Shown one piece after another: positions 9,443 through 17,098 of a stretch of DNA of 29,196 nt. Under the pieces are notes generated by a model. The model saw only the letters and a program-made list of their open reading frames with translations, searched no databases and was not told the origin of the DNA. The stretch is from contig JACCUZ010000121.1 in assembly GCA_013698395.1 (NCBI GenBank), positions 1 through 29,196 on the forward strand, written 5' to 3'. Position 1 is the stretch's first letter, and the number at the start of each line of letters is the position of its first letter. Origin of the DNA: Sporichthyaceae bacterium. GTDB lineage: Bacteria; Actinomycetota; Actinomycetes; JACCUZ01. The position numbers were made by a program, and so were the translations under genes.

Positions 9443-10276
9443 TCATGCTGCCGCCTTCGTCGGCTTCCACAGGCCGGTGGCCGCGGCCGCGGCGACCAGT
9501 CGCTCGACGCGGGCCGGGTCCACCTCGTTCCAGGTGTCACCGGCGCGCTTGAGCGACGTACCCACGACACAACCGTCAGCCACACTCAGCATCTCCTCGA
9601 CGGTGTCCGGTCGCACCCCGGTGTTCGCGATAACCGCTGTCTGAGTACCCAGCGCTTGCTTCGCCTCGCGCAGCTGTGCCACGTCAACACCGGTGCCGGT
9701 GACGGAACCAGAGATGCAGACGGCGTCGGCCAGCGAGCTGAACACAGCAGAGCGCGCGGTGAGCGCGATGCCCCTGGGCGCCAGTGGCGCCGCGAACTCG
9801 GCGGTCACGTTGTAGAAGAGCTTGAGACGGTCCGCCCCGATCTGGCGCCGGTAGGCCAACGTGGACGCCGGGTCGGTGTTCCAGACCCCGAAGTCACCGG
9901 CGTATGCGCCGCTGAACACCTCGCGCACGAAGGACGCCCCCACGGCATGCGCAAGGCCGATCGCCGCTCGCGGATCCCACAAGATGTCGACGCCGAAGGG
10001 GATGGCGAGCTGCCGTTTGACTTCAGTGATCACAGCCGCCATGACGGCGACGACTTCGGGGCCGGTGGTCGTTCGGTACGGCCTGTCGCCCTCGTTGCAG
10101 AACATAACTGCGTCGATGCCGCTGCGCGCGAGGACCGCCACATCCCTGCCCACCCACTCGAGAAGTGCGTCGACCCCCCCGCTGGCGTCGTACAGCGGCT
10201 GACCCGGCATCGGCGGGAAGTGTGCCATCGCGATGATTGCCTTCGGCTTGCCGAAGATCTCATCGATGGCCGTCAT
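9443..10276 (-). CDS. sgcQ: BtpA/SgcQ family phosphate-binding TIM-barrel protein
   Basis: KAIIAMAH, DAVMFCNE, PFGVDILWDP, FVREVFSGAYAGDFGVWNT, ANTGV and DGCVVGTSLK closely match the E. coli SgcQ sequence as I recall it. Confidence 0.85.
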   Translation of the reverse strand: MTAIDEIFGKPKAIIAMAHFPPMPGQPLYDASGGVDALLEWVGRDVAVLARSGIDAVMFCNEGDRPYRTTTGPEVVAVMAAVITEVKRQLAIPFGVDILWDPRAAIGLAHAVGASFVREVFSGAYAGDFGVWNTDPASTLAYRRQIGADRLKLFYNVTAEFAAPLAPRGIALTARSAVFSSLADAVCISGSVTGTGVDVAQLREAKQALGTQTAVIANTGVRPDTVEEMLSVADGCVVGTSLKRAGDTWNEVDPARVERLVAAAAATGLWKPTKAAA

Positions 10277-11409
10277 GCCAGTCCTCCACTCGTGATCTGC
10301 ACGGCGCCGCGCGCCAGGTCGACACTGGGCATCCGCGGGACAAGGCTCGCGAGGAGCTCGACCGACGCCGCGACGTCGGAGAGCTGCGCAGTCTCCACCG
10401 GGGAATGTGTGTAGCGCACCGGGATACCGAGTCCCACGGCGGCAATTCCCTGCGCGGTCGCCATGGTGACGAAGGCGGCGTCCGTGATGACACCGACCAT
10501 CGCGTCGTGCTGCACGGGCATCGATGCAGCGTCCGCAGCTGCCTCTACGGCACGCACCAGACCCGGGTGCGGGATCAACCCGCCGAGCGTGCCCCGGCCG
10601 TGGAAGCTGAGCCGCGACAGCGTTGGGCCACCGCCTAGACGGACCGAACCCTGGCCGACAAGGTCAGGAGTGTCAGTGGCGGGGGCGACGTCGAGGTTGA
10701 CGACCATGTCAGGCTGGAACTTCGCAGCGAGTGTCAGGGTCCCGCGGACATTGAACTCCTCCTGGGTCGTGAACGCGACGACCACGGGACTCGAGGGCGG
10801 TTCAGCGACGAGCCGATCGACGTATGCCAGCAAGGCCGCCACCCCGACGCGATCGTCGAGCGACTTCCCGGCGAACCGTCCGCCACCGAGGTCGTCCCAG
10901 GTGGGCTGATAGGTGACGGGGTCGCCGACCCGGATGCCGGCCGTGTGAGCCTCGTGATCGCTGGCGGCGCCGATGTCGAGATACAGGTCGGTCGCGGGGC
11001 GTGCGACGTACTTTTCCTCCGACGGGGTCAAGTGGTGGCTCTTGACACCGACGACCGCAGGGACGTCCGCGCGGGAGGTGTGGACGAGAAGTCGCAGGCC
11101 GGGCAGCACCCGCTCTGGCATTCCGCCGAGGCGGTGCACGCGCAACATCCCGTCCGAATCGACCCCCCGGACCACCAGCCCCAGCTCATCGAGGTGGGCG
11201 GTGACCATCACCGCGGCACCATCGGAGGGTCCGAATCCCACCGCGATCTGTCCGAGCCGGTCCACGAACGGCTCCAGGCCGCCGCAGCGCAGATGGTCGA
11301 CCACGGCGGCAGTCAGGCGGTCCTCGTTCCCCGCAGGCGCCGCTACGCCGGACAGTCGGCGGCACAACCCCAGAAGATCGGCTGTCGCATCGCCAAGCTG
11401 GGAATGCAC
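10273..11409 (-). CDS. sgcX: M42-family dinuclear metallohydrolase of the SgcX subfamily
   Basis: All metal/catalytic motifs present: AHLDE, LDDRVG, QEEFNVRG, LDV, RYTHSP. SgcX-type signatures DTPDL, HGRGTLGGLI and GVITD. Confidence 0.82.
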   Translation of the reverse strand: MHSQLGDATADLLGLCRRLSGVAAPAGNEDRLTAAVVDHLRCGGLEPFVDRLGQIAVGFGPSDGAAVMVTAHLDELGLVVRGVDSDGMLRVHRLGGMPERVLPGLRLLVHTSRADVPAVVGVKSHHLTPSEEKYVARPATDLYLDIGAASDHEAHTAGIRVGDPVTYQPTWDDLGGGRFAGKSLDDRVGVAALLAYVDRLVAEPPSSPVVVAFTTQEEFNVRGTLTLAAKFQPDMVVNLDVAPATDTPDLVGQGSVRLGGGPTLSRLSFHGRGTLGGLIPHPGLVRAVEAAADAASMPVQHDAMVGVITDAAFVTMATAQGIAAVGLGIPVRYTHSPVETAQLSDVAASVELLASLVPRMPSVDLARGAVQITSGGLA

Positions 11410-11432
11410 CGGTCCGCCTCATCTCCTCGCCC

Positions 11433-11448
11433 TGCGCGATATCGCGCA
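11433..11448. promoter_or_regulatory. Perfect 16-bp palindrome, candidate operator for the leftward sgcX operon
   Basis: TGCGCGATATCGCGCA, 24 nt upstream of the sgcX start and just downstream of the candidate promoter. Confidence 0.5.
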
Positions 11449-11463
11449 CCTGTTCGGCACCGC

Positions 11464-11493
11464 ACTCTGGTCCTAGTGCGAACGTGAGGTCAA
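11464..11493 (-). promoter_or_regulatory. Candidate housekeeping-sigma promoter of the sgcX-sgcQ-ABC-dhaKL-adh operon
   Basis: Minus strand TTGACC-N18-CAGAGT. Confidence 0.4.
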
Positions 11494-11550
11494 GGCGCCG
11501 TTACCGGTCCGTTAACAATCTTCCCTGATGCACGAATCCGCGCACCTGGC

Positions 11551-11556
11551 TAGCAT
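11551..11556 (+). promoter_or_regulatory. Candidate -10 (TAGCAT) of the DeoR-FGGY operon
   Basis: TANNNT 21 nt before the ATG at 11578, followed by an AGGAAGGGG RBS; no clear -35. Confidence 0.45.
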
Positions 11557-11577
11557 CGCGCGGCAGGAAGGGGTTGG

Positions 11578-12396
11578 ATGCGCACTGGGCAACGGCGGCG
11601 CGAAATTCTTCGCCGGCTGCTGTTCACCGGCTACGTGGAGGCAAAGGCTCTCGCCGACAGCCTCGACGTCGACTCGTCCACGATCCGGCGCGACCTGGAC
11701 GCCCTCGCCCGGGACGGTCAGCTGCAGCGCACGCACGGCGGCGCCCGTCTGCTCGACGGAGCGGTCGACGTCCCCTATGCGCTCAAGCAGCAGCAGCGGA
11801 CCGAGGCGAAGAAGGCGATCGCTGCCGCCGCGGGCGAGGCTGTCGTCGACGGAGACAGCATCCTCATCGACAGCGGCTCTACCACGTACCATCTCGCAGT
11901 TGCACTCCGGGGCCGCCGTGACCTGACCGTCGTCACCAACGACCTCCGCATCGCCCTGCTTGTTGCGGATTACCCCGCGATCCGTCTCCTGGTGACTGGC
12001 GGCGAACTGCTGAACTCGACGTACACGCTGGTCGGCGACCGGGCGGTCGCCTTCGTCTCGGATCTCCGGGTCGACTGGACATTCCTCGGCGCCGACGCCA
12101 TCGCCCTCGACACCGGCATCACCAACACGAATGCGGCGGAGATCCCGCTGAAGCGCTCGATGATCGCGGCCGGCCGCACGCCCGTGGTGCTGGCGGACAG
12201 CACCAAGCTCGGTCGGCACGCCCTGGTTCGGGTCGCACAGCTGGAGGAGGTCGACCAGATCATCACCGACGACGAGCTGAACGACGAGGACGCGGCGGCG
12301 TACGGCTCCCGATTGCGTCGCGTCGTGTCGGCACATCTGGAAGACCAGCGAGCCGCACCGGACAACACTGATGCCCGAGTGCGGGAACGGGTCTGA
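11578..12396 (+). CDS. DeoR/GlpR-family transcriptional regulator
   Basis: HTH VDSSTIRRDLDAL, RTHGGA, DSGSTT, TVVTNDL, FLGADAI, LADSTKLG. Confidence 0.95.
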   Translation: MRTGQRRREILRRLLFTGYVEAKALADSLDVDSSTIRRDLDALARDGQLQRTHGGARLLDGAVDVPYALKQQQRTEAKKAIAAAAGEAVVDGDSILIDSGSTTYHLAVALRGRRDLTVVTNDLRIALLVADYPAIRLLVTGGELLNSTYTLVGDRAVAFVSDLRVDWTFLGADAIALDTGITNTNAAEIPLKRSMIAAGRTPVVLADSTKLGRHALVRVAQLEEVDQIITDDELNDEDAAAYGSRLRRVVSAHLEDQRAAPDNTDARVRERV

Positions 12397-13898
12397 TGTT
12401 CCTGGGAGTGGACATCGGCACCGCGAGCAGCAAGGCCGTGGCCGTCGCCGCCGATGGGACCCTCGTCGCATCCGCGATTCGTCCACATCTGACCACCACG
12501 CCGCATCCGGGATGGTTCGAGCACGACGCCGAGGATGTCTGGTGGTCCGACTTCCGAGAACTGACCCACGAGGTGCTCTCGACGGTTCCCGGTCACGAGG
12601 TCACGTGCGTGGGGGTCAGCGGCATCGGTCCCAGCACGCTGCTCACCGACGTCGGCGGCCAGCCGCTGCGGGCCGCCATCCTCTATGGGATCGACACCCG
12701 TGCTGAGCGCGAAATCGAGGAGCTGACCGAGACTCTCGGCGCGGGTCGGTTGCTCGAGGTCAATGGGAACCGGCTCACCTCGCAGGCGGTGGGACCAAAG
12801 TTCCTGTGGGTCGCCCGGCATGAACCCGAGGTGTGGGAGCGGGCGCGGCGGTGGTACGGCGCGTCCAGCTGGCTCGTGCAGCGCCTGACCGGCGAGTACG
12901 TGCTCGACCACTACTCGGCGAGCACGTCCGATCCGCTCTACGATCTCGGCAGGAGCGACTGGTGGGCGGACGGGTGGGCGGCGTCCGCCCCTGGCATCGA
13001 GCGCCCCCGCCTCGCCTGGCCCGGTGACGTCGTGGGTGAGGTGCATACGGCCGCGGCCGAAGCGTGCGGCATCGCCGCCGGCACACCCGTCGTCGCCGGG
13101 ACCATCGACGCGCTCGCCGAGGCGCACAGCGTCGGGTCCGACGGGATCGGTGACACGATGGTCATGTACGGCTCGACTCTGTTCCTCATCCAGACAGTGG
13201 CACGGCCAGCAGTCCACGGCGGCTTGTGGGCAGCCAGCGGGCGAACCCCCAACACCAACTCCGTCGCCGCCGGCATGGCCACCTCCGGCCTCGTCACAAC
13301 GTGGTTCGCAGAGGTCACCGGTCAATCCCTCGGCGATCTCACCGCACAGGCGGCAGAGGTGCCGGCCGGCAGCGATGGACTGGTCCTGCTGCCGTACTTC
13401 GCAGGTGAGCGCACGCCTCTGTTCGACCCGAGAGCCCGTGGATGCTGGCTGGGTCTCACGCTCGGGCACACCAGGGCACACCTTTACCGGTCGGCACTCG
13501 AGGGCGTGGCCTACGGCGTGCGCCACAATCTCGATGCGATGGCCGAGGCCGGCGCGCCCCCACGACGGCTCGTTGCGGTCGGTGGAGGCACGCGGGGGAA
13601 CCTCTGGACGCACATCGTCAGCGATGTGACGCAGTTGCCACAGGATCTCCCCACCACCACGATCGGCGCATCGTACGGCGACGCACGCCTAGCCGCCGAG
13701 GCGGTCGGCGTCGATACGCGGGCGTGGAACCCCGTCGCGCAACGCATCGAACCGGACCCGTCCCCTGCCGGTCTGTACGACGAGCTGTACGCCGTATTTC
13801 GTCACACGTATCCGGCGATTCGCGACGAGATGCACCGGCTCGCGGCGGCAGTCACGATGCGAGGGTCAGCACCGCGCAAGCGGTCTCCTCATCCGTGA
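12396..13898 (+). CDS. FGGY-family carbohydrate kinase (xylulokinase-like subgroup)
   Basis: LGVDIGTASSK, PGWFEHD, AILYGIDTRA, GTIDA, LPYFAGERTP, RSALEGVAYG, VGGG; TGATG coupling to the DeoR gene. Confidence 0.92.
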   Translation: MFLGVDIGTASSKAVAVAADGTLVASAIRPHLTTTPHPGWFEHDAEDVWWSDFRELTHEVLSTVPGHEVTCVGVSGIGPSTLLTDVGGQPLRAAILYGIDTRAEREIEELTETLGAGRLLEVNGNRLTSQAVGPKFLWVARHEPEVWERARRWYGASSWLVQRLTGEYVLDHYSASTSDPLYDLGRSDWWADGWAASAPGIERPRLAWPGDVVGEVHTAAAEACGIAAGTPVVAGTIDALAEAHSVGSDGIGDTMVMYGSTLFLIQTVARPAVHGGLWAASGRTPNTNSVAAGMATSGLVTTWFAEVTGQSLGDLTAQAAEVPAGSDGLVLLPYFAGERTPLFDPRARGCWLGLTLGHTRAHLYRSALEGVAYGVRHNLDAMAEAGAPPRRLVAVGGGTRGNLWTHIVSDVTQLPQDLPTTTIGASYGDARLAAEAVGVDTRAWNPVAQRIEPDPSPAGLYDELYAVFRHTYPAIRDEMHRLAAAVTMRGSAPRKRSPHP

Positions 13899-14838
13899 CC
13901 AGCACGTTCACCAAGCGACAACGCAGGGCCCCAAGGACGGCCTCCGCCTTGCGCCGACCGGCCGCAACCCCGATCACTCGGGGGATCCGGCTTAGCGGTG
14001 CAGCGGCGATGGCGATGACCCGTCGCTGGAACTCCGACTCGACAAGCCGGCCTTCCGCGGTGAACAGATGTCCGCACACGTCCCCGACGGCCCCGGTACG
14101 CCGGATGTCGGCGAGCCCCCTTCGGCTCAGATACCCGGCCCGCAGCAGAGACGACACCTCGGGTATCAGTGCGCCGATGCCCACAAGCGCCACGTCGGCT
14201 TGGCCGGCCGCCGCCAGCGTGTCCCGGACACCTCGCTGCCGCAACAGTGCGCTCGCCACCTCCTCGCTGTCGACAACGAGCGGCGCGTTCAGGTAGCGGC
14301 ATCGGCCGCCCAGCAGGTCGGCCAGCCGGCGGGCTAGCTCGGTGCCATCGACCTGTGGGTCGCGACTGCACGCTCCACCGAGCATCTGGACCACTTCAAC
14401 GGTTCGGGGGATCCGAGGTTCCAGGGCATCGGTGACAGCCCGCAAGCTCGTGCCCCACGAGATGGCGAGCACATCATCATCTGTCAGGACTCCGTCGACG
14501 TACCGCGCAGCCAAGGCGCCCACGCGACCCAGTAGCGCCTCCGCGGGACCGTGAGCCGCGAGAACGAGCGCATCGCGCAGCCCGAACGTCGAGACGAGCG
14601 CCCGCTGAACGTCCTCCGCGAGCGCCAACGGGCGACGGATCCGGATTTCGACGATCCCAGTGTCGAGTGCCTCGCTAAGCATCCGGGAGACGGTCGACCG
14701 GGAGACTTTCATCCGCCTGGCGATCTCCTGCTGGTCGAGCCTGGACTGGTAGTACAACGCCGCGGCATCGGCGACCAGGTCCTCGCGGCGGCCCTCCGCG
14801 CTGCCCACGGACCGCGGGGCGGCCCGGGCCTCTGCCAC
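13852..14838 (-). CDS. SorC/LsrR/CggR-family sugar-binding transcriptional regulator
   Basis: AALYYQSRLDQQEIARRMKVSRSTVSRML HTH; ISWGTSL; VALVGIG; GAVGDVCGH; IGVAAGRRKAEA; LVTDE. GTG start 2 nt after the lipoyl gene stop; the ORF-track start at 15027 overlaps the lipoyl gene. Confidence 0.92.
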   Translation of the reverse strand: MAEARAAPRSVGSAEGRREDLVADAAALYYQSRLDQQEIARRMKVSRSTVSRMLSEALDTGIVEIRIRRPLALAEDVQRALVSTFGLRDALVLAAHGPAEALLGRVGALAARYVDGVLTDDDVLAISWGTSLRAVTDALEPRIPRTVEVVQMLGGACSRDPQVDGTELARRLADLLGGRCRYLNAPLVVDSEEVASALLRQRGVRDTLAAAGQADVALVGIGALIPEVSSLLRAGYLSRRGLADIRRTGAVGDVCGHLFTAEGRLVESEFQRRVIAIAAAPLSRIPRVIGVAAGRRKAEAVLGALRCRLVNVLVTDEETACAVLTLAS

Positions 14839-14840
14839 TG

Positions 14841-15089
14841 CTAGGCCTGCCCGCTCTCGTCGATGTAGGCGATGGTTTCGCCCTCGACGGCCGATTGACC
14901 TTCCGCGCAGACGGTCCTGGTAAGGGTGCCGGTGTACAGCGACTCGACAGACATGTCGACCTTGTCCGTCGCTACGTCGAACAGCGGCTCGCCCTTCACG
15001 ACGCGGTCGCCGGGCGCCTTGTGCCAAAGGGCCAGCACAAGGTCGCCCGCCGCGTCCCCCATCGGGGGCATCACCACGGCAACTTCCAT
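14841..15089 (-). CDS. Stand-alone lipoyl (biotin/lipoyl attachment) domain protein, 82 aa
   Basis: VVMPPMG...WHKAPGDRVVKGEPLFDVATDKVDMSVES...G...V..G..IAYI. Lipoyl-Lys in TDKV; GAGGAAGG RBS; stops with no peripheral-subunit-binding or acyltransferase domain. Confidence 0.9.
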   Translation of the reverse strand: MEVAVVMPPMGDAAGDLVLALWHKAPGDRVVKGEPLFDVATDKVDMSVESLYTGTLTRTVCAEGQSAVEGETIAYIDESGQA

Positions 15090-15098
15090 TGGCCTTCC

Positions 15099-16097
15099 TC
15101 AGCTGCTCAGCAGGTCACGCACGGCCAGGACCACGTCTTCGACGTCCGGGATCAGTGTTCGCTCCAGCTCGGTGTGAGCCGGCAGAACGACGTCTGGGGC
15201 AGTGAGTCGCCGGACGGGAGCAGCCAACTCGCCGAAGAGCTGCTCGCCGACGGTGGCGGCGATCTCGGCACCGAGGCCGCCCGTGCGGCAGGCCTCGTGC
15301 AGCACCAGCACGCGTCGGGTCGAGCCGGCGGAGTCGAGCACTGTCGTCATGTCCAGTGGCGCGAGGCAGCGCATGTCCACGACCTCGACGGACACGCCGT
15401 CCGCAGACAGCCGCTCTGCGGCTTCGAGCGCAATGTGAACGTGGTTGGACCAGGTAACGATGGTCACGTCCGTGCCCGTCCGCTTGACGTCCGCGACACC
15501 GAGCGGCACCACATGGTCGACTTCTGCTGCCGCTCCTTTGCGCGGGTAGAGGCCCTTGTGCTCGATGAACAGGACCGGATCGTTGTCCCGGATAGCGGCC
15601 TTCAGGAGTCCCTTGGCATCGGCAGGCGTGCTGGGAGCCACCACCTTGAGGCCCGGGACATGGGCAAACCATCCCTCAAGGCTCTGGGAATGCTGCGAGC
15701 CCGCGCCCCGACCGGTGCCCTGTTGGACTCGCACGACGAGAGGTGCATTGAACTGCCCGCCGAACATGTAATGGACCTTCGCCGCCTGGTTCACCAGGTT
15801 GTCCATGGCCAGAGTGACGAAGTCCATGTACATGATCTCCGCCACTGGTCGGGCACCGACCATGGCGGCACCGAGGGCAGCTCCAACGATGAGCGCTTCC
15901 GACATCGGCGTGTCGATGACCCGGCGCTCGCCGAACCTCTCCAGCAGGCCTCGGGACACGGCGTAGGCACCACCGTAACGGCCAACATCCTCGCCGAGAA
16001 GGATCACGCTCTCGTCCGCCTCCATCTCCTCGTGCAACGCTTCCCGTAGCGCGTCACGAAAGGACACCGTCCGGGCGGAGCTGAGGGTGCCAGTCAC
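15099..16097 (-). CDS. TPP-dependent dehydrogenase E1 beta subunit (AcoB/PdhB-like)
   Basis: LGEDVG, RVIDTPMSE, AEIMYMDF, QHSQSLEGWF, PGLKVV, DPVLFIEHK, EVVDMRCLAPLD. Confidence 0.92.
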   Translation of the reverse strand: MTGTLSSARTVSFRDALREALHEEMEADESVILLGEDVGRYGGAYAVSRGLLERFGERRVIDTPMSEALIVGAALGAAMVGARPVAEIMYMDFVTLAMDNLVNQAAKVHYMFGGQFNAPLVVRVQQGTGRGAGSQHSQSLEGWFAHVPGLKVVAPSTPADAKGLLKAAIRDNDPVLFIEHKGLYPRKGAAAEVDHVVPLGVADVKRTGTDVTIVTWSNHVHIALEAAERLSADGVSVEVVDMRCLAPLDMTTVLDSAGSTRRVLVLHEACRTGGLGAEIAATVGEQLFGELAAPVRRLTAPDVVLPAHTELERTLIPDVEDVVLAVRDLLSS

Positions 16098-17098
16098 TGG
16101 TCGCCTCCCAACGGAGTGGCGTAGATGTCGGAGAAGACCTCATCCACGGAGGCGATCGGTCCTGCCTCCGCGAACTCCATGGCGGCGACGATCTCGGCCT
16201 CGATCTCTCGCTCCAGTGACTCGGTGACATCGCCCGCGACGCCGGCGGCGGAAAGCCGAATTTTCTCCAGCAGGAGCGGATCCCGCGCATGCCAGCGCTG
16301 CTCCTCCTCGCGGTCGCGGTAGGTACTCGGGTCGCCCCGGGAGTGGCCCAGGAAACGGTATGTCTCGACACCGAGCAACGTGGGCCCTTCTCCTCGGCGA
16401 GCCCGTGACACTGCCTGGTCGGCCGCCTCGCGAACCGCAAGCACGTCCTGGCCGTCGACGTCGACACCGATGATGCCGTAGCCCTCGGCCTTGCGTGCGA
16501 CACTCGGCTGAGCCGTGGCTCGCTCCCATGGCAACGACATGGCGTAGTGATTGTTCTCAATGACGAAGACCACCGGCAATCCGCGAACGGCGGCGAAGTT
16601 CACCGCCTCGTGGAAGATGCCTTCCGTTGTGGCGCCATCCCCGAAGAAGGACACCGCCACCCTGGACTGCCCCGTCAGTGAGCTCCAGAGGGCCGCGCCG
16701 GTCGCGATCGGGATATGCCCACCGACGATCGCATTCGAACCCAGGTGACCGATGGATGCATCGACCAAGTGCATCGAGCTGCCACGACCGCGGCAGGCGC
16801 CGGTCTCGCGACCCATGAGCTCCGCCATGAGGGCACTCATGGCACCTCCTCGGGCCAGGAAATGTCCGTGCCCCCGGTGAGTACTGGTGACGTAGTCCTC
16901 CGGACGGAGCACATCGCATACCCCAACCGCGACCGCCTCCTGGCCGATGCTGACGTGGCACATCGTGCTGGACAAGCGGTTCTGAAGGAGCAGTTCCAAG
17001 ATCCGCTCCTCAGCTCGGCGGATCCTCACCATCCCGCGGTAGAGCCGCACCAGCGTTGAAACGTCGACGATTCTGGTGTCCTGATCAAAGACGGACAT
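16094..17098 (-). CDS. TPP-dependent dehydrogenase E1 alpha subunit (AcoA/PdhA-like)
   Basis: SIGQEAVAVG, STHRGHGH, GRGSSMH, TPP motif GDGATTEG...ENN, TYRFLGH. Confidence 0.92.
   Translation of the reverse strand: MSVFDQDTRIVDVSTLVRLYRGMVRIRRAEERILELLLQNRLSSTMCHVSIGQEAVAVGVCDVLRPEDYVTSTHRGHGHFLARGGAMSALMAELMGRETGACRGRGSSMHLVDASIGHLGSNAIVGGHIPIATGAALWSSLTGQSRVAVSFFGDGATTEGIFHEAVNFAAVRGLPVVFVIENNHYAMSLPWERATAQPSVARKAEGYGIIGVDVDGQDVLAVREAADQAVSRARRGEGPTLLGVETYRFLGHSRGDPSTYRDREEEQRWHARDPLLLEKIRLSAAGVAGDVTESLEREIEAEIVAAMEFAEAGPIASVDEVFSDIYATPLGGDQ

Noticed and set aside
10273-11409. SgcX as a cellulase/endoglucanase, or as a lipoamidase acting on the lipoyl protein
   Set aside because: The cellulase label for M42 is a known legacy misannotation. 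The lipoamidase idea has no support: E. coli sgc has no lipoyl gene and the two genes are in different operons.
6708-14838. AI-2 quorum-sensing lsr locus (LsrB-like SBP, LsrR-like regulator, FGGY kinase)
   Set aside because: No LsrF or LsrG, neither kinase shows features I can tie to LsrK, and the gene order differs; shared folds alone are not enough. Kept only as one ligand to test.
14841-17098. Ordinary pyruvate, branched-chain or acetoin dehydrogenase complex
   Set aside because: No E2 acyltransferase or E3, and the genes sit in a sugar kinase operon under a SorC regulator.
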